DNA from: Gemmatimonadaceae bacterium
GTDB lineage: Bacteria > Gemmatimonadota > Gemmatimonadetes > Gemmatimonadales > Gemmatimonadaceae
Direction: 5' to 3'
Assembly: GCA_040902005.1 (NCBI GenBank)
Contig: JBBDYA010000105.1
Coordinates: 1-16,836 of the forward strand
DNA: 16,836 bases
The translations under genes and the position numbers were made by a program. Within the stretch, counting starts at the first letter, position 1; the number at the start of each line of letters is the position of its first letter. The notes beneath the pieces were generated by a model. It was not told where the DNA came from, did no database searches, and saw nothing but the letters and a program-made list of their open reading frames with translations. Shown in pieces: positions 8,370 to 15,532 of the stretch.

Positions 8370-8543
8370 CGTAAGCGTAACGCCGAGCGAACGCGGCATC
8401 AATTCCCCGCACCTGTAATCGAAACGCAAACCGGTGCGCGAGTTGCAGAGCGCGCGTCAAACGACGCAGACCGGGTATCGGTTCCGGTGACCGGACCCGC
8501 TCCTCGTGGAGTTCCAACAGGCACACTGCCCGGGAGGGCGCGC

Positions 8544-9686
8544 GTGAGAACGATGACGAGATCAGCCGTGGCGGGCCTGGGGCTCGCGTTCACCATGCTC
8601 GCGTGTGGGCGATCGACGCCACCGGAGCCCCTGCCGGACGGTCTGTCAGTCGTCCCCGTGGTCACCGGGCTGACGAGTCCCGTGTTCCTCACCGCGCCGG
8701 CCGGCGACTCCCGGCTGTTCATCGTGGAGCAGCCCGGACGAATCCGGGTGGTGAAGAACGGCACTCTGCTCGCGACGCCCTTCCTCGACATTGTCGCGCG
8801 GGTTGGGTCCGGCGGTGAGCGCGGACTGCTTGGGCTGGCGTTCCACCCCCAATTCGCGACCAACGGGTTCTTCTACGTCAACTTCACCGATGGCGACGGC
8901 CACACGCGTATCGAGCGCTTTCACGCAACGCCCACCAGCGATGTCGCGAGTGCCACGTCCGCCACCCTCGTCCTCGGCTACGACCAGCCCTTCTCGAACC
9001 ACAACGGCGGCATGCTCCTCTTCGGTCCGGACGGGATGCTCTGGATCGGCACCGGGGACGGCGGAAGCGGCGGCGACCCGCAGGATCACGGCCAGCGCCT
9101 CAACTCGCTGCTGGGCAAGATGCTGCGCATCGACGTGGCTGGCACGCCGTACAGCGTTCCCCCGGACAATCCCTACCTTGGCACCGCCGGCGCGCGCGCG
9201 GAAATCTGGGGCACCGGGCTGCGGAATCCCTGGCGCTATGCGTTCGACCGAACCAACGGGCTGCTCTACGTGGCAGACGTGGGACAAAACGCATGGGAGG
9301 AAGTGCACGTCGTCCCGGGAAATCCTGGCGGCGTGAACTTCGGCTGGCGCATCATGGAGGGATCGCACTGCCGCACCGCTGAGCCCTGCGACATGACCGG
9401 GCTGAACATCCCGGTGCACGAGTACTCACACGCCGACGGGTGCTCGATCACCGGGGGCTTCGTCTATCGGGGAAACGCGATCCCCGGCATTCGCGGACAC
9501 TACTTCTACAGCGACTTCTGCGCGGGTTTCCTCCGCAGCTTCAACCTGTTCGGCGGAATCGTGGTGGACCAACGCGAGTGGGACGTGGGCGCGCTCGGCT
9601 TCGTCACGTCGTTCGGGGAGGACGCGAGTGGAGAACTGTACATCCTGTCTACCAATGGCACGGTGTACCGGCTTGCGGCTACTTGA
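8544..9686 (+). CDS. PQQ-dependent sugar dehydrogenase family (glucose/sorbosone dehydrogenase, beta-propeller), predicted lipoprotein, about 380 aa
   Basis: GERGLLGLAFHP, NHNGG, FGPDGMLWIGTGDGGSGGDP, GKMLRIDV, GLRNPWR, ADVGQNAWEE, SFGEDASGELY; lipobox MLAC; GGGAGG SD 6 nt before GTG 8544 (alternative ATG at 8553). Confidence 0.93.
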   Translation: MRTMTRSAVAGLGLAFTMLACGRSTPPEPLPDGLSVVPVVTGLTSPVFLTAPAGDSRLFIVEQPGRIRVVKNGTLLATPFLDIVARVGSGGERGLLGLAFHPQFATNGFFYVNFTDGDGHTRIERFHATPTSDVASATSATLVLGYDQPFSNHNGGMLLFGPDGMLWIGTGDGGSGGDPQDHGQRLNSLLGKMLRIDVAGTPYSVPPDNPYLGTAGARAEIWGTGLRNPWRYAFDRTNGLLYVADVGQNAWEEVHVVPGNPGGVNFGWRIMEGSHCRTAEPCDMTGLNIPVHEYSHADGCSITGGFVYRGNAIPGIRGHYFYSDFCAGFLRSFNLFGGIVVDQREWDVGALGFVTSFGEDASGELYILSTNGTVYRLAAT

Positions 9687-9879
9687 GTCCGCGAAGAGCC
9701 GCATTGACAGCCTTCGCGTCCGGGAAACGTTTCGCAACGTCCGCATCGAGAACGACCGCCACCGTGCCCGCTTCGAAGGCGGCCGCATATGGGTTCGGCC
9801 GACTCTTGCTGAAGTCGTATTCGGAAAGCATGTCGTCTGGATGCGGTTCAGAAGCCGTCTTCGCCTTTCGATTCTTCAT
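9679..9879 (-). CDS. BrnT-associated (BrnA-like) antitoxin, 66 aa
   Basis: EYDFSKSRPNPYA...VVLDADVAKRFPDAKAVNAALR is typical of partners encoded downstream of brnT. It overlaps the brnT remnant, and its stop overlaps the convergent dehydrogenase gene by 8 bp. Confidence 0.82.
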   Translation of the reverse strand: MKNRKAKTASEPHPDDMLSEYDFSKSRPNPYAAAFEAGTVAVVLDADVAKRFPDAKAVNAALRGLK

Positions 9880-10025
9880 ATTCGGTACGCTCGTGATGAG
9901 TTGCGCGCCGCGCGCTGATGATACGAATTCGCTCGCCTCGATCGGCAAAAACAACAACGAGCAGGGCGCCTCACCTTGTGGTTCAGGCGCGCCTTCTCAG
10001 CATCCCACTCGAAGGTGAGGGACAT
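9848..10025 (-). pseudogene. brnT: BrnT-family toxin with internal deletion and frameshift
   Basis: ATG 10025 gives MSLTFEWDAEKARLNHK (BrnT N-terminus). A different frame gives GALLVVVFADRGERIRIISARRATHHERTEYEE...* (BrnT C-terminus). The central HG(V/I)xFxxA...ExR segment is absent, and the 178-nt span is not a multiple of 3. Not present in the ORF track. Confidence 0.9.
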
Positions 10026-10140
10026 CGGCTGACAATGCAATGCCCCTGACCGCGTACCGGTGCTAATCCATTGCGTCTCGTATCAGATGTGTGCCGATCC
10101 CGGTCGAATGCCATCGCACCATTCAGTAAAGCCAGCGCGC

Positions 10141-10146
10141 TAACTT
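10141..10146 (+). promoter_or_regulatory. Candidate -10 hexamer (TAACTT) for leaderless serA
   Basis: TANNNT 6 nt before ATG 10153; no SD. Confidence 0.5.
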
Positions 10147-10152
10147 TGGGCC

Positions 10153-11757
10153 ATGCCGTTCCGCATTCTCGTCACGGACGAGATCGACCCCGAGGGCGTC
10201 GCCATCCTCACCGCCGTCGGCGAGTTCCAGGTTGACGTCGTCCACACGCTGCCGCCCAAGGAGCTCCTCGCGCGCATCGGCACCTACGACGCCATCGTGG
10301 GACGCAGCGCCACGCGCATCACCGCGGAGCTGCTCGTCGCCGGCACGCGGCTCAAGGTCGTGGGACGCGCCGGCGTCGGCGTGGACAACGTGGATGTGGA
10401 CAAGGCCACCGAACTGGGCATCGCGGTCATCAACGCGCCGGCGGGCAACACCAACGCCGTCGCCGAGCTGTTCTTCGGCGCTCTCATTGGCCTGTACCGC
10501 CAGATTCCGCGGGCCGCGCAGTCCATGATCGAGGGACGGTGGGACCGCTCCTCCCTCATCGGCAACGAGATCAAGGGACGCACGCTCGGCATCGTTGGTT
10601 TGGGCCGCATCGGCCGCAAGATCACGCGGCGCGCGAGCCCGTTTCATCTCGACGTCGTGGGCTACGACCCGTACATCACCGAGGAGCGCTTCACCGCCCT
10701 GCGCGTGCGCCGCGCCACATCGCTGAACGAGCTGCTCGAACAGGCGGACGTCGTCACGATCCACACTCCGCTCAACGACGAGACGCGCGGCATGATCGGC
10801 GCGGACCAGTTGCGACGCATGAAAGCCGGTGCGGTGCTCGTGAACCTGGCGCGGGGAGGCATTGTGGACGACGCCGCGCTGCTGGCGGCGCTGGAGTCCG
10901 GCCATCTGCGCGGCGCGATCCTGGACGTCTATGACACGGAGCCCTTGCCCGCGGACCACCCCCTGCGCCGCGCGAAGAACGTGGTGCTCACGCCGCACAT
11001 GGGCGCGTCCACGCACGAGGCGCAGCACAACGTGGCCATCGATGTGGCCGAGGCGGTGCGCGACGCGCTCGTGGCCGGCGAGCTGTCGCGCTCACTCAAC
11101 GTGGTGTCCATTCCCCGCGAGGCGTGGATGCAGCTCCGGCCCAGCATGGAGATCGCCGAGCGCGCGGCCCGGGTGGCGCGGGCGCTGCTGGCCTCACGCG
11201 GCCATCGTGAGGTGCGGCGCGTGGCGCTGCGATGCGGGCCGGCCGTGATCGCCGGCAGCGAGGCGCTGCTGTCGTCGGCGGTGATCGGCGTGCTCAGGGG
11301 CGTGGTGGAGAACGACCGGCTGAACGTGGTGAGCGCGCGCGCCATCGCGGAACTGCGAGGGCTGGAGCTGTCCGTGAAGGAGGTGGAGACGCTCGAGCAT
11401 CCCGCCACGGTGGAGGTGTCGCTGTCGGCGGGAAACGAGGAGCTGGCCGTACAGGGCGTGGCCACGGCGGGCGCCCCCGGGCGCCTCACGAAGATCGCCG
11501 GCTTTCACGTGGACGTGGCGCCGCGCAAGACGCTCATCGTGCTCACGAATCGCGACGTGCCCGGCGTGATCGGTCACGTGGGCACGGCGCTGGGCGAGGC
11601 GCGCATCAACATCGCGTCGTACCACCAGTCGCGCATGGCGCAGGGCGGCCAGGCGCTCGCGGCCATCTCGGTGGACGATCCCGTGTCCGCGCACGCGTGC
11701 CGTCGGCTGCTGGAGCTGCCGGACGTGCTCTCGGCCACAGTCATCAGCTTTGACTAG
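10153..11757 (+). CDS. serA: D-3-phosphoglycerate dehydrogenase, long form (ASB + ACT domains), 534 aa
   Basis: VGRSAT, GRAGVGVDNVD, NAPAGNT, GLGRIG, YDPY, NLARGG, LDVY..EP, TPHMGASTHEAQ; C-terminal ACT domain NRDVPGVIGHVGTALGEARINIA. Confidence 0.96.
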   Translation: MPFRILVTDEIDPEGVAILTAVGEFQVDVVHTLPPKELLARIGTYDAIVGRSATRITAELLVAGTRLKVVGRAGVGVDNVDVDKATELGIAVINAPAGNTNAVAELFFGALIGLYRQIPRAAQSMIEGRWDRSSLIGNEIKGRTLGIVGLGRIGRKITRRASPFHLDVVGYDPYITEERFTALRVRRATSLNELLEQADVVTIHTPLNDETRGMIGADQLRRMKAGAVLVNLARGGIVDDAALLAALESGHLRGAILDVYDTEPLPADHPLRRAKNVVLTPHMGASTHEAQHNVAIDVAEAVRDALVAGELSRSLNVVSIPREAWMQLRPSMEIAERAARVARALLASRGHREVRRVALRCGPAVIAGSEALLSSAVIGVLRGVVENDRLNVVSARAIAELRGLELSVKEVETLEHPATVEVSLSAGNEELAVQGVATAGAPGRLTKIAGFHVDVAPRKTLIVLTNRDVPGVIGHVGTALGEARINIASYHQSRMAQGGQALAAISVDDPVSAHACRRLLELPDVLSATVISFD

Positions 11758-11770
11758 TTTCGCTGTCGCG

Positions 11771-12158
11771 CATTCGCCGGCGGGTAGTCACCCAATCGCC
11801 GGCCGCCTCGTCGCAATTACCGGCGGGTGGTGACCCGATCGCCGGCCGCCTCGTCGCAATTACCGGCGGGTGGTCACCCGATCGCCGGCGGCGTCATCGC
11901 AATCACCGGCGGCGTCATCGCAATCACCGGCGGGTTGTCATCCAATCGCCAACCGGTTGTCACCCAACCGCGAACCGGTTGTCACGCACCCACTGGCGGT
12001 GCCATCGCAATGACCCGCGGGCGGTCACCCATCCACCGGCGGCTTCATCGCAATCGCCTACGGGTGGTCGCCCGATCGCCAGCCGCCTGTCGCCCAATCG
12101 CCGGCGGGTTGTGGCCCAATCGTCGGCCGATGGCTCGCATTCGCCGACGGGGGGCTAC
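11771..12158. repeat. Degenerate tandem array of about 18 units of 21 or 22 bp
   Basis: Unit starts at 11771, 11793, 11814, 11836, 11857, 11879, 11900, 11921, 11943, 11965, 11987, 12008, 12030, 12051, 12073, 12095, 12117, 12138. The 22-mer type is about CAATCRCCGGCGGGTKGTCACC and the 21-mer type about CAATCRCCGGCGGCGTCATCG. Confidence 0.92.
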
Positions 12159-12349
12159 AGGTCACCGGACGGTGCCTTCCCTCGTCCGGCTGGTCCGATT
12201 CGACTCGGCCAACTGGTTTTCGTATGTGCCCCCTTCCAGCTCCCACGCGGGCGCCGAAGGCGCCACGACCGCGGGCCGGGAGAAAGGGTCCTTCTCGGCC
12301 TCTACATACACAATTCGCTGGAGACCCCGGAAATGATGGTCAGTATTCA

Positions 12350-12442
12350 GCCGCTGATATCACCTACATCCCCACGCGCGAGGGATGGCTGTATCTGGCT
12401 GTCATTCTTGACCTCTCGTCCCGCCGGGTGGTCGGTTGCTCT
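12350..12442 (+). mobile_element. IS3-family transposase (rve/DDE core) fragment
   Basis: ADITYIPTREGWLYLAVILDLSSRRVVG(C)S contains the first catalytic D. No rest of the gene and no terminal inverted repeats are visible. Confidence 0.9.
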
Positions 12443-12469
12443 CGCGACCAAAGGAACCAATCCGCAGAT

Positions 12470-12540
12470 GTTTCCGTTTCGTCCGTGTGCATCCGCGCCA
12501 AACAGCCGCCCCCGTGATCTCTTCATGCGCACGCTCAGAA
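12470..12540 (-). pseudogene. Possible remnant of a GxxExxY-family gene N-terminus plus its associated CACGGA-type repeat
   Basis: Minus strand reads SERAHEEITGA, resembling the usual LxHEE(L/I)TxxIIGA start, next to CGCGGATGCACACGGACGAAACGGA. Short and degraded; recognised from memory only. Confidence 0.3.
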
Positions 12541-12559
12541 CTGAAATGAGGAGCCTGGC

Positions 12560-13900
12560 GTGAGCGTGACGACGGACGCCGATGTCCGCCGCTCGCACAG
12601 CGCGGACGTCTCGGGGCTGGTGATGGTGCCGGACGCCGTCGCAAGGCCAGCAAGCACGGACGACGTGCGCGAGCTGCTGCGCCAGGCCACGGCCGATCGC
12701 ACGCCCGTCACCACCGCCGGCAGCCAGACCAGCACCACCGGAGCGTCCATCACCGACTGCGGCATCCTGCTCTCGATGCGCGGCATGAACCGCATCGTGG
12801 ACGTGGACGTCGCCGGCCGACGCGCCGTAGTGGAGCCCGGCGTGCTGCTCGGCGATTTGAATCGAATGCTCGCGCCCCACGGGCTGCATTTCGCGCCGGA
12901 TCCAACGAGCCTGGACGACGTGACCGTCGGCGGCGCGATCGCCTGCAATGCGTCCGGCGCGAGGTCGTTGCTGTACGGGCCCACGCGCCCGCACGTCGCT
13001 GCGCTTCAGGTGGTGCTCGCCACCGGCGACGTCGCCGACGTGCGTCGCAGCGGCCTGGAGAAGAACACCGTGGGCTACGCCTTTGCGCAGGAGCCCGTGG
13101 ACTGGTTCGTGGGGAGCGAAGGGACGCTCGGCGTCATCACGCTCGCGGAGCTGTCGCTGCTGCCGCTGCCGGCGAGCGTGGTGGGGCTCGCGATACCCTG
13201 TCCTGATGAGGGAGCGGCGCTACGTCTCGTGGAGGCAATCCGCGTGGCGCCGAAGCTGGCGCCGAGGTGCATCGAGTACTTCGACGCCACCTCGGTGGCG
13301 ATCGCGCGCGAGCACGGGGGGGCGCCGTGGGCCGATGGCGCGCTCCTGTACGTGGAGGATACGTCCGGCGACCTGGACCCCTGGTTGGCGATCGCCGAGC
13401 AGCACGGCGCGCTGGTGGCCGACGTCGGCGTGTTCGATGGGGAAAGCGCGCTACGTGACGCGCGCCGGTTCCGTCACGCAGTGCCGGCGACGATGAATGA
13501 GCGCGGGTCGGGGCGTCGCGTGCATGGGGGACGCAAGGTGTCCACCGACTGGGCGGTACCGTACCACAAGCTGGCTGTGGCGATCGCGGAGGCCCGCCGG
13601 CTGGTGGACGCCGCCGGACTCGCCCAGCCCGCCATCTACGGCCACGCCGGCAACGGGCATCCGCACGAGAACTTCGTGGCGCAGGACGCCGCCGACCTCG
13701 AGGCCATCGAGCTCGTGGTGGAGGCCACGCTCAAGCACGTGCTCTCGCTGGGGGGCACCGTGTCTGCCGAGCATGGGATCGGCAAGATCAAGCGCCGGTG
13801 GTTGCCGTTGCAGGCCACGCCACTACAGATCGCGGTGATGCGGGCGGTGAAACGGGAGCTGGACCCCGGCGGGTTGCTCGCGCCGGGTAACATTCTCTAG
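12560..13900 (+). CDS. FAD-linked oxidoreductase, GlcD / D-lactate / D-2-hydroxyglutarate dehydrogenase family, 446 aa
   Basis: GAGGAG SD before GTG; AGSQTSTTG, VEPGV, FAPDPTS, TVGGAIACNASG, GSEGTLGVIT, YGHAGNGHPH, SAEHGIGKIK, DPGGLLAPGNI. Confidence 0.93.
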   Translation: MSVTTDADVRRSHSADVSGLVMVPDAVARPASTDDVRELLRQATADRTPVTTAGSQTSTTGASITDCGILLSMRGMNRIVDVDVAGRRAVVEPGVLLGDLNRMLAPHGLHFAPDPTSLDDVTVGGAIACNASGARSLLYGPTRPHVAALQVVLATGDVADVRRSGLEKNTVGYAFAQEPVDWFVGSEGTLGVITLAELSLLPLPASVVGLAIPCPDEGAALRLVEAIRVAPKLAPRCIEYFDATSVAIAREHGGAPWADGALLYVEDTSGDLDPWLAIAEQHGALVADVGVFDGESALRDARRFRHAVPATMNERGSGRRVHGGRKVSTDWAVPYHKLAVAIAEARRLVDAAGLAQPAIYGHAGNGHPHENFVAQDAADLEAIELVVEATLKHVLSLGGTVSAEHGIGKIKRRWLPLQATPLQIAVMRAVKRELDPGGLLAPGNIL

Positions 13901-13939
13901 TGGAGAGTAAACGAGGAAACGATTCCATCGAACTGGGAC

Positions 13940-14008
13940 TCAGCGATACACGTCGCGGCGGTTACCGATCTTCACGATGGTGACGATGAGTTCGTGATCG
14001 GCGACTTC
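13940..14008 (-). pseudogene. relE: RelE/ParE-family toxin, only the last 22 codons remain
   Basis: Minus strand reads EVADHELIVTIVKIGNRRDVYR*, the RelE C-terminal signature (V-x-x-G-H-R-x-x-V-Y), directly after the antitoxin. No start codon. Not present in the ORF track. Confidence 0.88.
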
Positions 14009-14231
14009 AGCCGCGCCGCTTCATGTCGCGGAGGAGATTTTCGAAGGCGACTGTGGGCTCCCTGGCGCGGTCACGGAAGGCAGCCAGATCGTCGGCATCC
14101 TCGGCCAAGGAGTTGCGGACCGCGGTGTTGACCAGATCGGATATACTCTGCTCGGTCTCCGCTGCCTTGAGCCGCAGGGCCTTGTGGACGTTCTCTTCGA
14201 AGTAGACGGTGGCGCGCTTGACTGTTGTCAT
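14007..14231 (-). CDS. CopG/ribbon-helix-helix antitoxin, 74 aa
   Basis: MTTVKRATVYFEENVHKALRLKAAETEQSISDLVNTAVR (RHH beta-alpha-alpha pattern) followed by acidic AEDADDLAAFRDRAREP; adjacent relE remnant. Confidence 0.88.
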   Translation of the reverse strand: MTTVKRATVYFEENVHKALRLKAAETEQSISDLVNTAVRNSLAEDADDLAAFRDRAREPTVAFENLLRDMKRRG

Positions 14232-14272
14232 ACCAAGACATGATAGCGTTATGGCGTCACGACTGTCACGGC
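14227..14272 (-). promoter_or_regulatory. TA promoter (GTGACA-N18-TATCAT) overlaid by repeated 8-bp operator-like boxes
   Basis: Minus-strand -35 at 14269-14264 and -10 at 14245-14240, 8 nt before the ATG. Plus-strand boxes GACATGAT (14237), GTTATGGC (14248), GTCACGAC (14256) and GTCACGGC (14265). Confidence 0.55.
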
Positions 14273-14298
14273 GTTTGACCTCTTCGGCCTTCTGAAAC

Positions 14299-14943
14299 GT
14301 GATCCGGTATCGCAGCGTCATTCTGGACGTGGATTCGACCCTGTGCGCGATCGAGGGTGTTGACTGGCTCGCGGCCAGGCGCGGGCCCGAGGTCGCGCGC
14401 CGCGTCGCGGAGACCACCGAGCGCGCGATGAGCGGCGAGATCGCGATGGAAGCGGTGTACGGAGATCGGCTGGCGCTGGTGCGGCCGAGCCGTCGCGACA
14501 TCGAGCAACTCGCGCAGGCCTATCGCGACAGCGTGGCACCGGGGGCGAGGGAGGCGATTCACGCGCTGCGCGCCCAGGGGGTGCGAGCGGTGCTGGTGAG
14601 CGGCGGGCTGCGTCAGGCCATCGCGCCCCTGGCGTCGGAGCTTGGGTTCACGGAGGCGGATCTCCACGCCGTGGACGTACGGTGGGACGAGCACGGTGAG
14701 TACGCGGGGTTCGATGAGACGTCGCCGCTCACCACGCAGCACGGAAAGGTCGGCGTCGTCAGGTCAGCGAACCTGCCACCGCCAGCGCTCGCGGTGGGGG
14801 ACGGCGCGACGGACCTGGCCATGCGTCCCGCGGTGGCCGCGTTCGCGGCGTTCACCGGCTTCGTGCGGCGTGACGCGGTGGTGAGCGGCGCTGATCACGT
14901 TTGCGAGAGCTTTGCCGCCGTACGCGACCTGGTGCTCACCTGA
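14299..14943 (+). CDS. serB: HAD-IB phosphatase, probable phosphoserine phosphatase, 214 aa
   Basis: DVDST (motif I), EGVD, TERAMSGE, RLALVRP, VSGG (motif II), GK (motif III), VGDGATD (motif IV); clustered with serA. Confidence 0.88.
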   Translation: MIRYRSVILDVDSTLCAIEGVDWLAARRGPEVARRVAETTERAMSGEIAMEAVYGDRLALVRPSRRDIEQLAQAYRDSVAPGAREAIHALRAQGVRAVLVSGGLRQAIAPLASELGFTEADLHAVDVRWDEHGEYAGFDETSPLTTQHGKVGVVRSANLPPPALAVGDGATDLAMRPAVAAFAAFTGFVRRDAVVSGADHVCESFAAVRDLVLT

Positions 14944-15005
14944 GGCGGGAGCGCGAGAGCCGGGGGGGGGAAGCGGGCGTCCATTCTGGCAAAGCCACTA
15001 CACCA

Positions 15006-15203
15006 CTATAGACCCTGTGCTCCGTTGAGCCTGGCCAGTTCGCGACCAATGGTTCCAGGGGGCGTGTGTCCGGCCTTCCGCGCGATCTCGAGCATGAGAC
15101 AATCCGAGAATCCCAGTCGCGGAGACCGACGAAACGATCGAGCGGCCGCGGAGACCACTTCGGGATCCTGAACTACCAGCGTGGCATGGTCAACGGCGTG
15201 CAT
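15006..15203 (-). pseudogene. vapC: VapC (PIN-domain) toxin with a large in-frame internal deletion
   Basis: MHAVD (compare MRAVDTN) is fused directly to the C-terminal half HATLVVQDPEVV...LGFSDCLMLEIARKAGHTP. It is 65 aa against about 130 for a PIN domain, and the usual TFD reads TIG. Confidence 0.85.
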
Positions 15204-15378
15204 GGCGCGACTTCACGTGACGCCGAATGCCGGCCTTCAGGTCGGCCACGCTTTTGGCGGATGGGTGGTCTGGGCCGAACACCGCGACATGAATGTCCTC
15301 CGAGCTGTGCCGCCCCACGCGGCGCACGACAACCTCACCGGCCGATTCGCCCCATTCCAGCAGGGCTCCGGGGCCAAG
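15190..15378 (-). pseudogene. AbrB/MazE-type (VapB) antitoxin, 5'-truncated
   Basis: Minus strand reads LGPGALLEWGESAGEVVVRRVGRHSSEDIHVAVF...SVADLKAGIRRHVKSRHARR*, overlapping the vapC start by 14 nt. The N-terminal K-x-T-x-x-GQ-x-x-x-P segment and the start codon are missing. Not present in the ORF track. Confidence 0.82.
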
Positions 15379-15532
15379 GTCGGCCCTGCGCGGCGGCCAG
15401 AGACGATGGGCCCAGGGGGGCGATCAGGAGAAGCACGCGAACCGCGCCTGTCGAGGGTTGGCGACGGGGATCGCGAGTCGGGGAAGAAGGGCCTCGTTTC
15501 CGTCAGGTCTACGTCTCGCTTATGGTTCGCGT

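Noticed and set aside
8375..8535. Cluster of small hairpins / possible gene remnant upstream of the sugar dehydrogenase
   Set aside because: Stems are only 4-6 bp in GC-rich DNA, and no riboswitch or protein motif was recognised.
11771..12158. CRISPR array or repeat-protein CDS (ORFs 11827..12336, 11979..12563)
   Set aside because: Units are contiguous and degenerate with no unique spacers, and no cas genes are present. Mixed 21/22-bp lengths shift frame, so the ORFs look like by-products.
5717..14970. Homopolymer runs C10 (5717-5726) and G9 (14962-14970) as phase-variation switches
   Set aside because: Both are intergenic and not within a recognisable promoter spacer or CDS.
8268..15532. 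Extended N-termini in the ORF track (8268, 9957, 14501, 15293; also 3721 and 4447)
   Set aside because: The extensions overlap other features, and better starts exist with SD, -10 or signal-peptide support.
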